Shown in pieces: positions 20,513 through 28,943 of a DNA stretch of 50,033 nucleotides. The notes below the pieces were generated by a model. It was not told the DNA's origin. It made no database searches and was given only the letters and a program-made list of their open reading frames with translations. Position 1 is the stretch's first letter. Each line of letters opens with the position of its first letter. The DNA comes from Gemmatimonadales bacterium. Lineage in GTDB: Bacteria; Gemmatimonadota; Gemmatimonadetes; Gemmatimonadales; GWC2-71-9. Both the position numbers and the translations under genes were made by a program. The stretch is taken from contig JBBQJU010000001.1 in NCBI GenBank assembly GCA_038326215.1, positions 1-50,033 of the forward strand, written 5' to 3'.

Positions 20513-21523
20513 ATGACCGCTCCGACCGCCCCAGACGACCTGACCCAGCTCCGCCGCCTCGCCGAGGGGGTGACTGCCCTCCGGACCCAGGTCGCCGAGC
20601 GGGTGGTGGGGCAGACGGCGGCGGTCGATGGGGTGCTGACGGCCATTCTGGGCGGCGGGCATGCCCTGCTGGTGGGGGTCCCGGGGCTGGCGAAGACGCT
20701 GCTGGTCTCGACGGTGGCCGAGGCGCTGAACCTCTCCGTCAACCGGGTCCAGTTCACCCCGGACCTGATGCCGGGCGACATCACCGGCACCGAGCTGGTC
20801 GAGGAGGATCCGGCCACCGGGAAGCGGCACTTCCGCTTCGTCCCGGGGCCGATCTTCGCCCAGGTGGTCCTGGCCGACGAGATCAACCGGACGCCGCCCA
20901 AGACCCAGGCCGCCCTCCTCCAGGCGATGCAGGAGCGGACGGTGACCGTGGCGGGGCAGACCTATCCGCTCCCCGCGCCCTTCTTTGTATTGGCCACGCA
21001 GAATCCGATCGAGCAGGAGGGGACCTATCCGCTCCCCGAGGCGCAGCTCGACCGCTTCATGCTCGAGCTTCGGCTGGGCTATCCATCGCGCTCGGAAGAG
21101 GAAACGATTGTGGCGCAGACGACCGGCTCACGGATGCCGACGGTCCGGCCGGTCTTCGACGGCGCCGAGCTCTCGGCGATGCAGGCGTTGGTGCGGCGGA
21201 TTCCGGTGAGCGAGTCATTGATTGCGGCGGCGGTGCTGCTCGCGCGGATGACGCGGCCGAACGAGGCCGAGGCGCCGCCGCTGATTCGCGAGTATGTGGA
21301 GTGGGGTGCCGGGCCGCGTGCGTCGCAGTACTTGGTGCTGGGTGCCAAGGCCCGCGCGGCGATGGATGGTCGGCCGCAGGCGGATCTGGACGATGTGAAG
21401 AGCGTCGCCCTGGCGGTGCTCAGACACCGGGTGATGACCAACTTCGCGGCCGAGGCGTCGGACCGGACCAGCGAGGATGTGGTGGCGGAACTGGTGGGGA
21501 GTGGGGGGTGGTTGCCGCGGTAG
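20513..21523 (+). CDS. moxR: MoxR-family AAA+ ATPase
   Basis: ORF 20348..21523(+), start at ATG 20513. Motifs: GVPGLAKT (Walker A), VLADEINRTPPKTQAALLQAMQE (Walker B / sensor), ATQNPIEQEGTYPLPEAQLDRF. Confidence 0.9.
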   Translation: MTAPTAPDDLTQLRRLAEGVTALRTQVAERVVGQTAAVDGVLTAILGGGHALLVGVPGLAKTLLVSTVAEALNLSVNRVQFTPDLMPGDITGTELVEEDPATGKRHFRFVPGPIFAQVVLADEINRTPPKTQAALLQAMQERTVTVAGQTYPLPAPFFVLATQNPIEQEGTYPLPEAQLDRFMLELRLGYPSRSEEETIVAQTTGSRMPTVRPVFDGAELSAMQALVRRIPVSESLIAAAVLLARMTRPNEAEAPPLIREYVEWGAGPRASQYLVLGAKARAAMDGRPQADLDDVKSVALAVLRHRVMTNFAAEASDRTSEDVVAELVGSGGWLPR

Positions 21524-21544
21524 CCCTACGTCGACACTGGCGGG

Positions 21545-22193
21545 TCGGTGAGCACTCAGCCGTCGAACATCAACTCCATCCGCACGACGACATCCGGATC
21601 CATCTTAAGCATGCCGAACGCCTTGCTGAGTCCGCCGATGCCGAAATCGGTGAGGCGCAACGGGGTGTATCCATGAAAACGGATGCCCGCCGCCTCGGCG
21701 CGGATCCAGCCACGCACCGCGGACTCGCGCACCACGCCGTGGATGGTGAAGCGACCACGCAGGGTCACCGCCACCGAATCGTGATCGACCGCACCCGGGG
21801 CGACGGCATCAAGGTCGAATCGTATCGTCGGGAAGCGCTCCACCTCCAACGACTTCCACATGTCGCGATCGCGTCGACCATTGCCGGTGACCAGCGTCTT
21901 GGCATCACTCTCGATCCAGCCGCGCACCTCATCCATGGTGGGCGCACCGATCAGCGCACCACGCAGCTGCGACGTGCGCCCCACAAAGGCGCCGAGCGAG
22001 CCGCGACCCTCGAAGCGAAGTTCGCCATGCACGGCCCCGTGACTGGCAATGGACTGCGCCGCCACCGCCGGCGGCATCATCGCGCAGACGAGGGCCAGCA
22101 TGCGCAGCGTTGTTCGGATCTGCATTGCGACTCCTTGGCGGGCGGAACGCCCTGTGTCATCACCGTACGCCGCGAGACGTCGAACAGATTGGA
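21545..22193. repeat. Segmental duplication, copy 1 (yceI gene plus 5' leader)
   Basis: It aligns base-for-base, at equal length (649 nt) and without gaps that I can see, with 33050-33698. The encoded proteins differ at 6 of 189 residues. Confidence 0.85.
21556..22125 (-). CDS. yceI: YceI-family periplasmic protein (copy 1)
   Basis: ORF 21556..22125(-). Signal ...AVAA|QS. KTLVTGNGRRDRDMWKSLEVERFPTIRF is YceI wording (Tg...RD.hl.......fP.i.F). Confidence 0.85.
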   Translation of the reverse strand: MQIRTTLRMLALVCAMMPPAVAAQSIASHGAVHGELRFEGRGSLGAFVGRTSQLRGALIGAPTMDEVRGWIESDAKTLVTGNGRRDRDMWKSLEVERFPTIRFDLDAVAPGAVDHDSVAVTLRGRFTIHGVVRESAVRGWIRAEAAGIRFHGYTPLRLTDFGIGGLSKAFGMLKMDPDVVVRMELMFDG

Positions 22194-22263
22194 TCCCGAC
22201 CGCCCTGCTGCGTGGTGCAGTGGCAAGGATACCGGTGAGTGGCCCCGCGGCGCGGTGTGCCGC

Positions 22264-22809
22264 CTACATCGCCATCCAATCGAGGCTCAGTTCCGTCGTG
22301 CCCCAGAGGATCCGCAGCTCGCCGCGGAGTCCTGCGCTGGCGGGAACCAGCCACATGGTGAGCCCCTCGACCGGCGTCGTCATCGTGCGCAGGCGCAGCG
22401 GGATACGGGCGACATCGTTCTTCGCATCATAGGCATCGGCCCCCTGCCCCACATCCTTCTGCAGGATGAGCTGCCACCCTTCAGCCGTCGGCATGGTGAA
22501 GAGCGCGTAGCGGCCTTTCGCGAGGTGGACCGTGCCAAGCATCAGATCGAGATCGGTGTCGAGGGTGGAAGTGGCGTTCGCCCCGGTGCGCCAGACCTTG
22601 CCATAGGGTACCAGCGTCTCGGTGTGCAGCGCTCGGCCGCGCAGGTGCGGCTGACCGAAATCGAGCCGAATCTTTGGCACGACCGTGGTGCCCTCGGGCA
22701 CCGTCAGCTCGATGACGCTGGTGCCTCGCCCGCTCGGCTGGAAGCGCGGGGCATCCTGCGCGGCGAGCGGCGCGGCAAGCATGGTGAGCAGCAACGCGTT
22801 GCGAATCAT
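22264..22809 (-). CDS. DUF2911-family secreted protein
   Basis: ORF 22264..22959(-), start at ATG 22809 (MIRNALLLTMLAAPLAA|QD). LVPYGKVWRTGANATSTL...GRYALFTMPTAEGWQLILQKD is the DUF2911 signature. Confidence 0.75.
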   Translation of the reverse strand: MIRNALLLTMLAAPLAAQDAPRFQPSGRGTSVIELTVPEGTTVVPKIRLDFGQPHLRGRALHTETLVPYGKVWRTGANATSTLDTDLDLMLGTVHLAKGRYALFTMPTAEGWQLILQKDVGQGADAYDAKNDVARIPLRLRTMTTPVEGLTMWLVPASAGLRGELRILWGTTELSLDWMAM

Positions 22810-22889
22810 GGGGCTGGCTCCATAAGGAAGTGAAGGATCTGGTGCGGTGACGTTGTTCCGGAGACGATTCCCACAAAGATAGCGCCGGG

Positions 22890-24158
22890 TCACCCCGCCG
22901 CCCCCCGCAGCGCCGCGTACAACTCCACCTCCGCCCGCAGCCGATCGTGGTCGAGCCAACCTGGCTCCACCCGCGCGCCAGCCTCCACGAGTGTACGAAC
23001 TATCCTGATATAGGGCGCCGCATCAGCCCTCCCCTCCTTGAGCCAAGCGTGGAACGCCCACACCAGCGGCGACGTGCCGAAGACCGCGTCCACCACATCG
23101 AGCGGAGCCGCTCGCGCGATCAGCAGATCCACCAGCTCGGCGTGCCCGCAGTATGCCGCCATATGCAGTGCGGTCTGGCCTTCCTTCGGCCTGCGGGCTG
23201 CAGGGTCCGCCCCATGATCGAGCAAACAGGCCACCGCCTCACGCTCGCCATACCACCCCGCCATCGCCATCGCGGCACCCTGATCCGCCAGCGAGGGACG
23301 GCCCCCTCCAGCGAATGCTGCGGTGATCGCATCTACCCGACCAATCCCTGCGGCTCCGACCAGATCCAACTTGGCACCACGCGTCGCGAGGTGTGCCGCT
23401 GCCTCGGGACAGCCATTCATCAGGCAGTAGTGCACGATCCCCGCAGGCATGCGCGCACCACGCGCGAGGAGGAGATCCGCCAACGTGTTCTGCACCCCGG
23501 CAGCACGCGGGTGACTACTCGTAACCACCAGCGCGAATGTCGTTGCCCCACCGCCATATACATCGGCCTCGGCATCGACCTCCGCTCCTGCATCGAGCAA
23601 GAGCGTCGTGACCGCTTCGATGTTCCGAGGAGTGCGCTGGCGGTAGTTCTCGACGCCATTCGCCGCCACATAGTGGAGGAGGGTGGCGCGGTGATCACGG
23701 TCGGAGCGAGCGCGCACGAGTGATGGGTCGGCGCGCAGCAACTCGGCAAGCGTGGTCACATCGCCATCGACGACGGCATCGGCGGCACGCTCAACGGCGG
23801 AGATGCTTGACGTTGCCTGCGTGAGCTCCTCGATGTGTTGGACCATGCGCGGCCAGCTCGCGAAGCCGTGGGCACGGGCGAGCACGAACTGCGCTTTGTT
23901 GAGGGCGGGGTGCGCAGGTGGAAGTTGCGTCCGAGCGAAGTGGACCAGCTGGTGCGCGCGACGCTCCATCTCAGTTGGCGCAGTACGGGAGACCTCGGGT
24001 TGCAACCGGTCGAGCGCAGCAATCCATTCGCTGGCCCAGTGCAGCAGCGCGGTGTCACCGGCCGTGGCGGCCACCACCAGTTCCTTGGCACGCGTGCGAT
24101 ACTGGCCGAGGTCTGGGCGCGGCGGAAGGGGGAGGACATCCTGCGGATTGGGATACAT
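22890..24158 (-). CDS. Ankyrin-repeat protein
   Basis: ORF 22890..24158(-). Repeated ankyrin units: ATLLHYVAANG...TTLLLDAGAEVD; GQTALHMAAYCGHAELVDLLIARAAPLD; AVACLLDHGADP. Confidence 0.7.
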   Translation of the reverse strand: MYPNPQDVLPLPPRPDLGQYRTRAKELVVAATAGDTALLHWASEWIAALDRLQPEVSRTAPTEMERRAHQLVHFARTQLPPAHPALNKAQFVLARAHGFASWPRMVQHIEELTQATSSISAVERAADAVVDGDVTTLAELLRADPSLVRARSDRDHRATLLHYVAANGVENYRQRTPRNIEAVTTLLLDAGAEVDAEADVYGGGATTFALVVTSSHPRAAGVQNTLADLLLARGARMPAGIVHYCLMNGCPEAAAHLATRGAKLDLVGAAGIGRVDAITAAFAGGGRPSLADQGAAMAMAGWYGEREAVACLLDHGADPAARRPKEGQTALHMAAYCGHAELVDLLIARAAPLDVVDAVFGTSPLVWAFHAWLKEGRADAAPYIRIVRTLVEAGARVEPGWLDHDRLRAEVELYAALRGAAG

Positions 24159-24302
24159 ACGAATCTCCTTTCGGGGCGCCTGGAGTCCGCACCGATCAGG
24201 CTGAAAGAAGGTTCGCGAATTGTGGACTGCGGTGGGTGGGCACGGCCCTTTACGCGGACTGAAGGCGCCCCTGAGCGCCCGCGCAGTTTACCACGGGGAG
24301 GC

Positions 24303-24312
24303 GGGGGGGGGG
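24303..24312. repeat. G10 homopolymer tract (C10 on the minus strand)
   Basis: Read directly: gcgg ggggggggg within ggggaggcgggggggggggcaat. It lies 20 nt downstream of the 24332 gene stop and about 145 nt upstream of the ankyrin gene start. Confidence 0.9.
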
Positions 24313-24331
24313 CAATGTTGGGGTCAGCGGT

Positions 24332-24778
24332 CTATCTGGGACCAGCCGTCATCGTGTAGGAATACCAGGAGTCGAGGGCACATCCCTGATAGACCGCAGG
24401 GCGGAAGTCTCCTTCGGCAAAGAAGGACTCAATATTTTTGATGAAGCGTGCACGATACTTGGCGTCGTCGATCCCTTCGACCTGAATGCTGTCGAGGGTG
24501 CCTCGCGCTGTCTGCAGGTACCGGACACCAATCGGCTTTCCGCGGAGTTCCTTGGGGACCTTCCCCGGGAGCATCGCGATAAAGCACTCGGCCGCACGAT
24601 AGTCCGCAGGAGGGTTCTTGAGATCCGCCGGGGCAACCACCCCAGCGCACTCTTCCGGGGTACGCGTGGCAAGCGGAGTTCGGTCGCGTGGCCGCACCGT
24701 GAATGGCTCCTGCGAGACGCCTCGCGTGGTACCCCCGCACAGCAGCGCAATCGACAGCACGACGGTGTTCATCCGCAT
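24332..24778 (-). CDS. Hypothetical secreted protein
   Basis: ORF 24332..24805(-), start at MRMNTVVLSIALLCGG...VS|QE. Third-position GC is only 14/20 in 24481-24540 (neighbours are 17-19/20). It is plausibly coding but compositionally atypical. I recognise no family. Confidence 0.5.
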   Translation of the reverse strand: MRMNTVVLSIALLCGGTTRGVSQEPFTVRPRDRTPLATRTPEECAGVVAPADLKNPPADYRAAECFIAMLPGKVPKELRGKPIGVRYLQTARGTLDSIQVEGIDDAKYRARFIKNIESFFAEGDFRPAVYQGCALDSWYSYTMTAGPR

Positions 24779-24969
24779 CGACAACTCCATCACGGGGGTA
24801 CGCAACGGCCCTCACCTCAACACAAGCCTGTCACCAAGTGGTGGGCAAGGGGCTTCCACTCCACATCCCACCCCGCGGGTCAGGGCCGCATGTCGACCCC
24901 ATTGGACCGTGCGGCCAGAAACCACGCCGCCACGCCGAGAGGACTGGCAATCGCACGCCGGCCCTCGTA

Positions 24970-25641
24970 TCAGGAGGGCGGGCGCCGTGAACCTTGCACC
25001 GCCATCCACCCGGCGATCCCCATCTCGCCCAATCCTGCCGGCATCCGGATCCATCGCACAATCGCCATGTCCGGATAGCCCGGGAGCAGCAGCGTGGCCA
25101 CGAAGTGGGTGACATACCCGAGACCACCAACTATCAGCACCACGCCGAGCAGCTTCGGAAGAAAGCCGGAGCGATACACCAGGTAGCCAAAGGGCCAGAG
25201 CCAGAGTCCCCAGAAGATCTGGGCCATCAGTTGGCCGTTCCGATACGTGGAAAGGTGCGCCGACACACCCGCCTCCATCAGCTCTGGCGTGAGCGCCGAA
25301 TTGCCAATGAGGCTGAGAACATCGAGCAGGTGCACTTGGTTCAAGAAGGCAATCGGTGCACTGACCGCTGCCAGCGCCACCATGACAACGGCGGCGCGTG
25401 GCTGGATGTGGCCGAGCACGCGGTAGAGCTCCAACGGAAGCAACAGGAAGGCGATGTAACAGAGATACCCCGACACGATCGCCAGACGCCACAGATACTC
25501 GTTCGCCACGAGGTTGTGCACTGTCCGCGCCGGATCACCGTCGACGAGCAGCCGCGAGGGAACGACACCGAGGGTGAAGAGCCCGGTCACGACGACGACC
25601 AGATAGATCAGCCCGGCAGTGCGCGTGGAGGTGCCGCTCAT
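24970..25641 (-). CDS. DUF4386-family membrane protein
   Basis: ORF 24970..25641(-). Six TM segments. GLIYLVVVVTG at the N-terminus and WPFGYLVYRSGFLPKLLGVVLIVGGLGY are DUF4386-like. Confidence 0.7.
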   Translation of the reverse strand: MSGTSTRTAGLIYLVVVVTGLFTLGVVPSRLLVDGDPARTVHNLVANEYLWRLAIVSGYLCYIAFLLLPLELYRVLGHIQPRAAVVMVALAAVSAPIAFLNQVHLLDVLSLIGNSALTPELMEAGVSAHLSTYRNGQLMAQIFWGLWLWPFGYLVYRSGFLPKLLGVVLIVGGLGYVTHFVATLLLPGYPDMAIVRWIRMPAGLGEMGIAGWMAVQGSRRPPS

Positions 25642-25742
25642 GCCGCACGCCTCGGCCGCGGCATATGCTCCAGCGAGTGGACGTGCTCAGCGTCGTGCAT
25701 GGTGGTGCTCCCGTCAAGAGTGCTGGTGCATGGAACGCATCA

Positions 25743-26402
25743 CTAGAAGCCGAACCCCAGCCCGAGCGTCAGGTACGCCGGCACCGTGAGCGCCTCGCCA
25801 CCCTGCGTCCGCGCGATCCCGGCACGCAGCAAGAGCTCCGCCCCACCAACGGATCTCCCGGTCATGACGCCGAGTCGGCCGGTGCCACCGTTGTTCAGGT
25901 ACCAACCGTCTTTGGCATCAGGGTAGTACTGGTCGCGGTACTCCTGCGTGTGCTGTACGTGCGTGATGATCGCTTTGTCGAAGCCGACCTCCCCCGCGAC
26001 GAACCACGTACGTCGGTACATGCCGGCCGTGGCGCCGAAGTCCGAGCCGAAATTGACCGCGCGGAACACCCAATTGCTCGTTCCTCGGGTCATGAAGGCG
26101 GCACTCGCCGCGACGCGAAAAGCACCACGCTGCACCAATTGCACATCGGCGCTGAGACGCACGCGATAATCGCCCAGCTCGGCGTCGCCTGCGACCACAC
26201 CCGTCTCGAGCCCGAGCCGCGTGATGGTGCCGAACATCGAAGTGAACCGCCCATAGCCGATCGACGTGACCACGGCCGGATCGACGGCCATGCTCAGGTG
26301 CAGTTGCGCGTCGCCCGGCTGCATGCGCGCGAGGTTCCATTGCGCGGCCAGATCCCGCTGCCCGACGAGGAGCAGGGCGGCCAGCAAGCACGCCCGCTTC
26401 AC
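25743..26402 (-). CDS. Small outer-membrane beta-barrel protein (hypothetical)
   Basis: ORF 25743..26402(-). Signal MKRACLLAALLLVGQRDLAA|QW. Alternating beta-strand pattern with a terminal aromatic residue (LTLGLGFGF). GTGA overlap with the upstream stop (26399). Confidence 0.55.
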   Translation of the reverse strand: MKRACLLAALLLVGQRDLAAQWNLARMQPGDAQLHLSMAVDPAVVTSIGYGRFTSMFGTITRLGLETGVVAGDAELGDYRVRLSADVQLVQRGAFRVAASAAFMTRGTSNWVFRAVNFGSDFGATAGMYRRTWFVAGEVGFDKAIITHVQHTQEYRDQYYPDAKDGWYLNNGGTGRLGVMTGRSVGGAELLLRAGIARTQGGEALTVPAYLTLGLGFGF

Positions 26403-27406
26403 CGGGCACCTGCCGCAACTGGCGCCGCGAGGAAGGTGCGAATCTCTGCCATCACCTCAGCCGTGTGCGTCCAGTGCACGTCGTGGCCACCACCCGGCAC
26501 GATCTTCAGCACGGCATTCCGGTACAGGGGGCGCTGCTCCTCCTGCAATGGCACGCCCAGGACTTCACTGCGGGCGCCGGCGACCAGCAGCACTCTTCCC
26601 GTGAATGCCTGCAGGTTGGTGGTGAAGTCGTAGTTGAACTTCCCCGCCGCGTCCTGACCATCCTCCTGGAGGTAGCGTGCCGCCTTCGCGCCGTTGCGCC
26701 AGGCGGGCTCGGCGCCGGCACCCTTCCGGGCGTTGTTGCGCGGCTGGTGATCCCGAGCACCGATCGTCAGCTGGTAGTCGAGCCGGATGTGATCGTCGGT
26801 CGAGAAGAACTGCGCGCTCCAGGCAAAGTCGTTCAGCCATTCACGCAGGAAGTTGAGGTCGAAGAGATCCCCCTTGATCCGTTCGTACGTGCTCCCCCGC
26901 AACGGGCCACTCTCGATGAAGATCGCCTCCCGCACCCGCGCGGGATGGCGATTGATGAAGGAGGTGCCGTACATGCCACCCCATGACTGGCCAAGGAGCG
27001 TGACCTGCTGACCAGGGGCAAAACGATCGACCAGCGCCAGCAGGTCGGCGTCGTACTGGTCGATCGTCAGGACGTCCTTGTCGTGACGCTCCGAGAGCCC
27101 CGCCCCGCGCTGGTCCCAGAAGAGGATATGGTAGTGGTCAGCCAGCGAATAGCCGGCATACCGCTCGGCAAGCGGCAGGAGGCTGCGATAGTCCGCGCCT
27201 GGGCCGCCGTGCAGCACAATGAGCAACGGCTTCGCCGGATCGCCACGAAACTCGGCGTGGAGGCGCGTGCCGTTGACCGTGATCGCCGGCAGCGAGGCAT
27301 CTTCCATCACGGTGCGGGGGACCAGATTCCCCGGCTCCGACATTGTCAACGTTTCACAGGCGGTCAGCGTCACCGCGCTCGCCATGACGATCCATCGTGC
27401 TCCCAT
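26399..27406 (-). CDS. Alpha/beta hydrolase, proline-iminopeptidase-like (S33), lipoprotein
   Basis: ORF 26399..27514(-), start at ATG 27406 (MGARWIVMASAVTLTAC). HGGPGADY oxyanion motif and the GQSWGG nucleophile elbow. Confidence 0.8.
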   Translation of the reverse strand: MGARWIVMASAVTLTACETLTMSEPGNLVPRTVMEDASLPAITVNGTRLHAEFRGDPAKPLLIVLHGGPGADYRSLLPLAERYAGYSLADHYHILFWDQRGAGLSERHDKDVLTIDQYDADLLALVDRFAPGQQVTLLGQSWGGMYGTSFINRHPARVREAIFIESGPLRGSTYERIKGDLFDLNFLREWLNDFAWSAQFFSTDDHIRLDYQLTIGARDHQPRNNARKGAGAEPAWRNGAKAARYLQEDGQDAAGKFNYDFTTNLQAFTGRVLLVAGARSEVLGVPLQEEQRPLYRNAVLKIVPGGGHDVHWTHTAEVMAEIRTFLAAPVAAGAR

Positions 27407-27541
27407 CGCATTCTCCCAGACAGGGTCAAGGACCGGATCGAACGATTCGACCCGCATCGTGGGAGCAACATCGATTGTGTGGGTGACGGGGAGCGACCGG
27501 ACCGAGCGAACCACACGTCCGATCCGATCGGCTGGGACGTC

Positions 27542-28723
27542 CTACGCGCCGGACGCGCGCCGATATTCGGAGGGAGTGACCCCTGTAAGCTTCTTGAAGG
27601 CCGCGTTGAAGGTGGATTTCGACGCGAACCCCGCCTCAAGGGCCAGTGCGAGGTAGGTGTAGCGCGCACCATCCGGACCGACCAGGCGCTCCTGCACCTC
27701 GCGGACCCGGTAACCATTGATGAAGTCATAGAACGAGAGTGCGAGCTGCGCGTTGAGCACCTCCGACAGCCGATGCGGTGTGGTCTCCAGCCGCTCGGCG
27801 AGGTCGCCGAGGGTGAGTTCGGGCTGCCGATAGGGGCGCTCACGTTCCATCAGTGCAACGAGTCGCGTCTTCAGCGCATCGGCCTCGCGAGGTGCAAGCC
27901 CGGAGCGCTCATAGCGCGGCGTGGCGAGGAGCCGAGCCGCGACTTCCGTCGAGGGGACTGGAGCGGGAACGGCGTACTCCGCGGTCGCGAACCGGAAGAT
28001 CTCGGGTTGTCGCAATCCCGAGTACCCGATGCCGTAGACCATGATGGTCATCGAGAGCGCGATCAACTGCTCCCCCTGGAGCGGTGACCCCATGCCAACA
28101 CCTTCCGCCAACGTGAATCCGACCGCGAGCAGCCAGATAACAGCACCACCGACCGCCAGCCACTGGAGCCACACCAAGTTGACGCGCTCGAGGGATGAAT
28201 AATTCTCGGCAATCACCCGACGATGACGACGGAGCAGCAGGAGGGTGGCCACCGCGTAGCACATGCCCGATACCAGCTTGAGCTGGTCGATCACGAGGGC
28301 GACCGCAGGCACCTCGCCCTGCTGAATGCCGGCATAGAGTGCGATCTTGGCCTCGGCGCTCAGGCGAAAGATTGGAATCCCCGCGACGGTGGCCGCGACG
28401 AAGGGGAGGGAATGCAGGAGCTCGACCCGGCTGAGGCGGCGATGGCGATCGCTCGCCGTGGCCGCATAGAGGTAGAGGAGCGGCCCAAAGAGCAGCGGCA
28501 GCGCGTTGGTGACTCCGAGACAATGGGGCCAGCGGGTGACCCACCCTGCTGAGTAGTAGGTCACCGAGACAAGGTGGAGCGAGAAGCAGCAGAGTGCTGC
28601 AGCAAGGAGGAGGTTCGGCGTGCGGCGCGGGCGCTTGGTGGCGAGCGCCATCGCCACGATCACGCCCTGCACGGCACCGAGCAGGGCGATGAGCTGCCAC
28701 CAGTTGAGGGTTCCTGCGCTCAC
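27542..28723 (-). CDS. AraC-family transcriptional regulator with N-terminal multi-pass membrane domain
   Basis: ORF 27542..28723(-). About 230 aa with 6-7 TM segments, then a C-terminal AraC HTH (LTLGDLAERLETTPHRLSEVL...LALEAGFASKSTFNAAFKKLTGVTPSEYRR). Confidence 0.85.
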   Translation of the reverse strand: MSAGTLNWWQLIALLGAVQGVIVAMALATKRPRRTPNLLLAAALCCFSLHLVSVTYYSAGWVTRWPHCLGVTNALPLLFGPLLYLYAATASDRHRRLSRVELLHSLPFVAATVAGIPIFRLSAEAKIALYAGIQQGEVPAVALVIDQLKLVSGMCYAVATLLLLRRHRRVIAENYSSLERVNLVWLQWLAVGGAVIWLLAVGFTLAEGVGMGSPLQGEQLIALSMTIMVYGIGYSGLRQPEIFRFATAEYAVPAPVPSTEVAARLLATPRYERSGLAPREADALKTRLVALMERERPYRQPELTLGDLAERLETTPHRLSEVLNAQLALSFYDFINGYRVREVQERLVGPDGARYTYLALALEAGFASKSTFNAAFKKLTGVTPSEYRRASGA

Positions 28724-28943
28724 GGGTCGTGCGCCTCCAGGGATCGGGCGACGGGAATCTACATGATCCGCGTGTTCCCATCGCAGTCGGCCAGACCGTA
28801 CCGGCCCACACGAACGTCCCGTGGGTGCACCAGACGTGCCGCGCGGGGGCCGACGGGTATCTTACCACTGGTTATATTGGCATGCCCGGGCGCCGTGCCA
28901 GCACGGTGCCTCCTTACCTCGCCAACGGATACCGAGGCCTTCG

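Noticed and set aside
28893-28906. Palindrome CCGTGC-CA-GCACGG, 38 nt upstream of the 28944 hydrolase start, as an operator for the adjacent AraC or TetR regulator.
   Set aside because: It is short (6-bp arms) and GC-rich, so easily arises by chance at this composition. AraC proteins usually bind direct repeats. There is no second copy upstream of the regulators.
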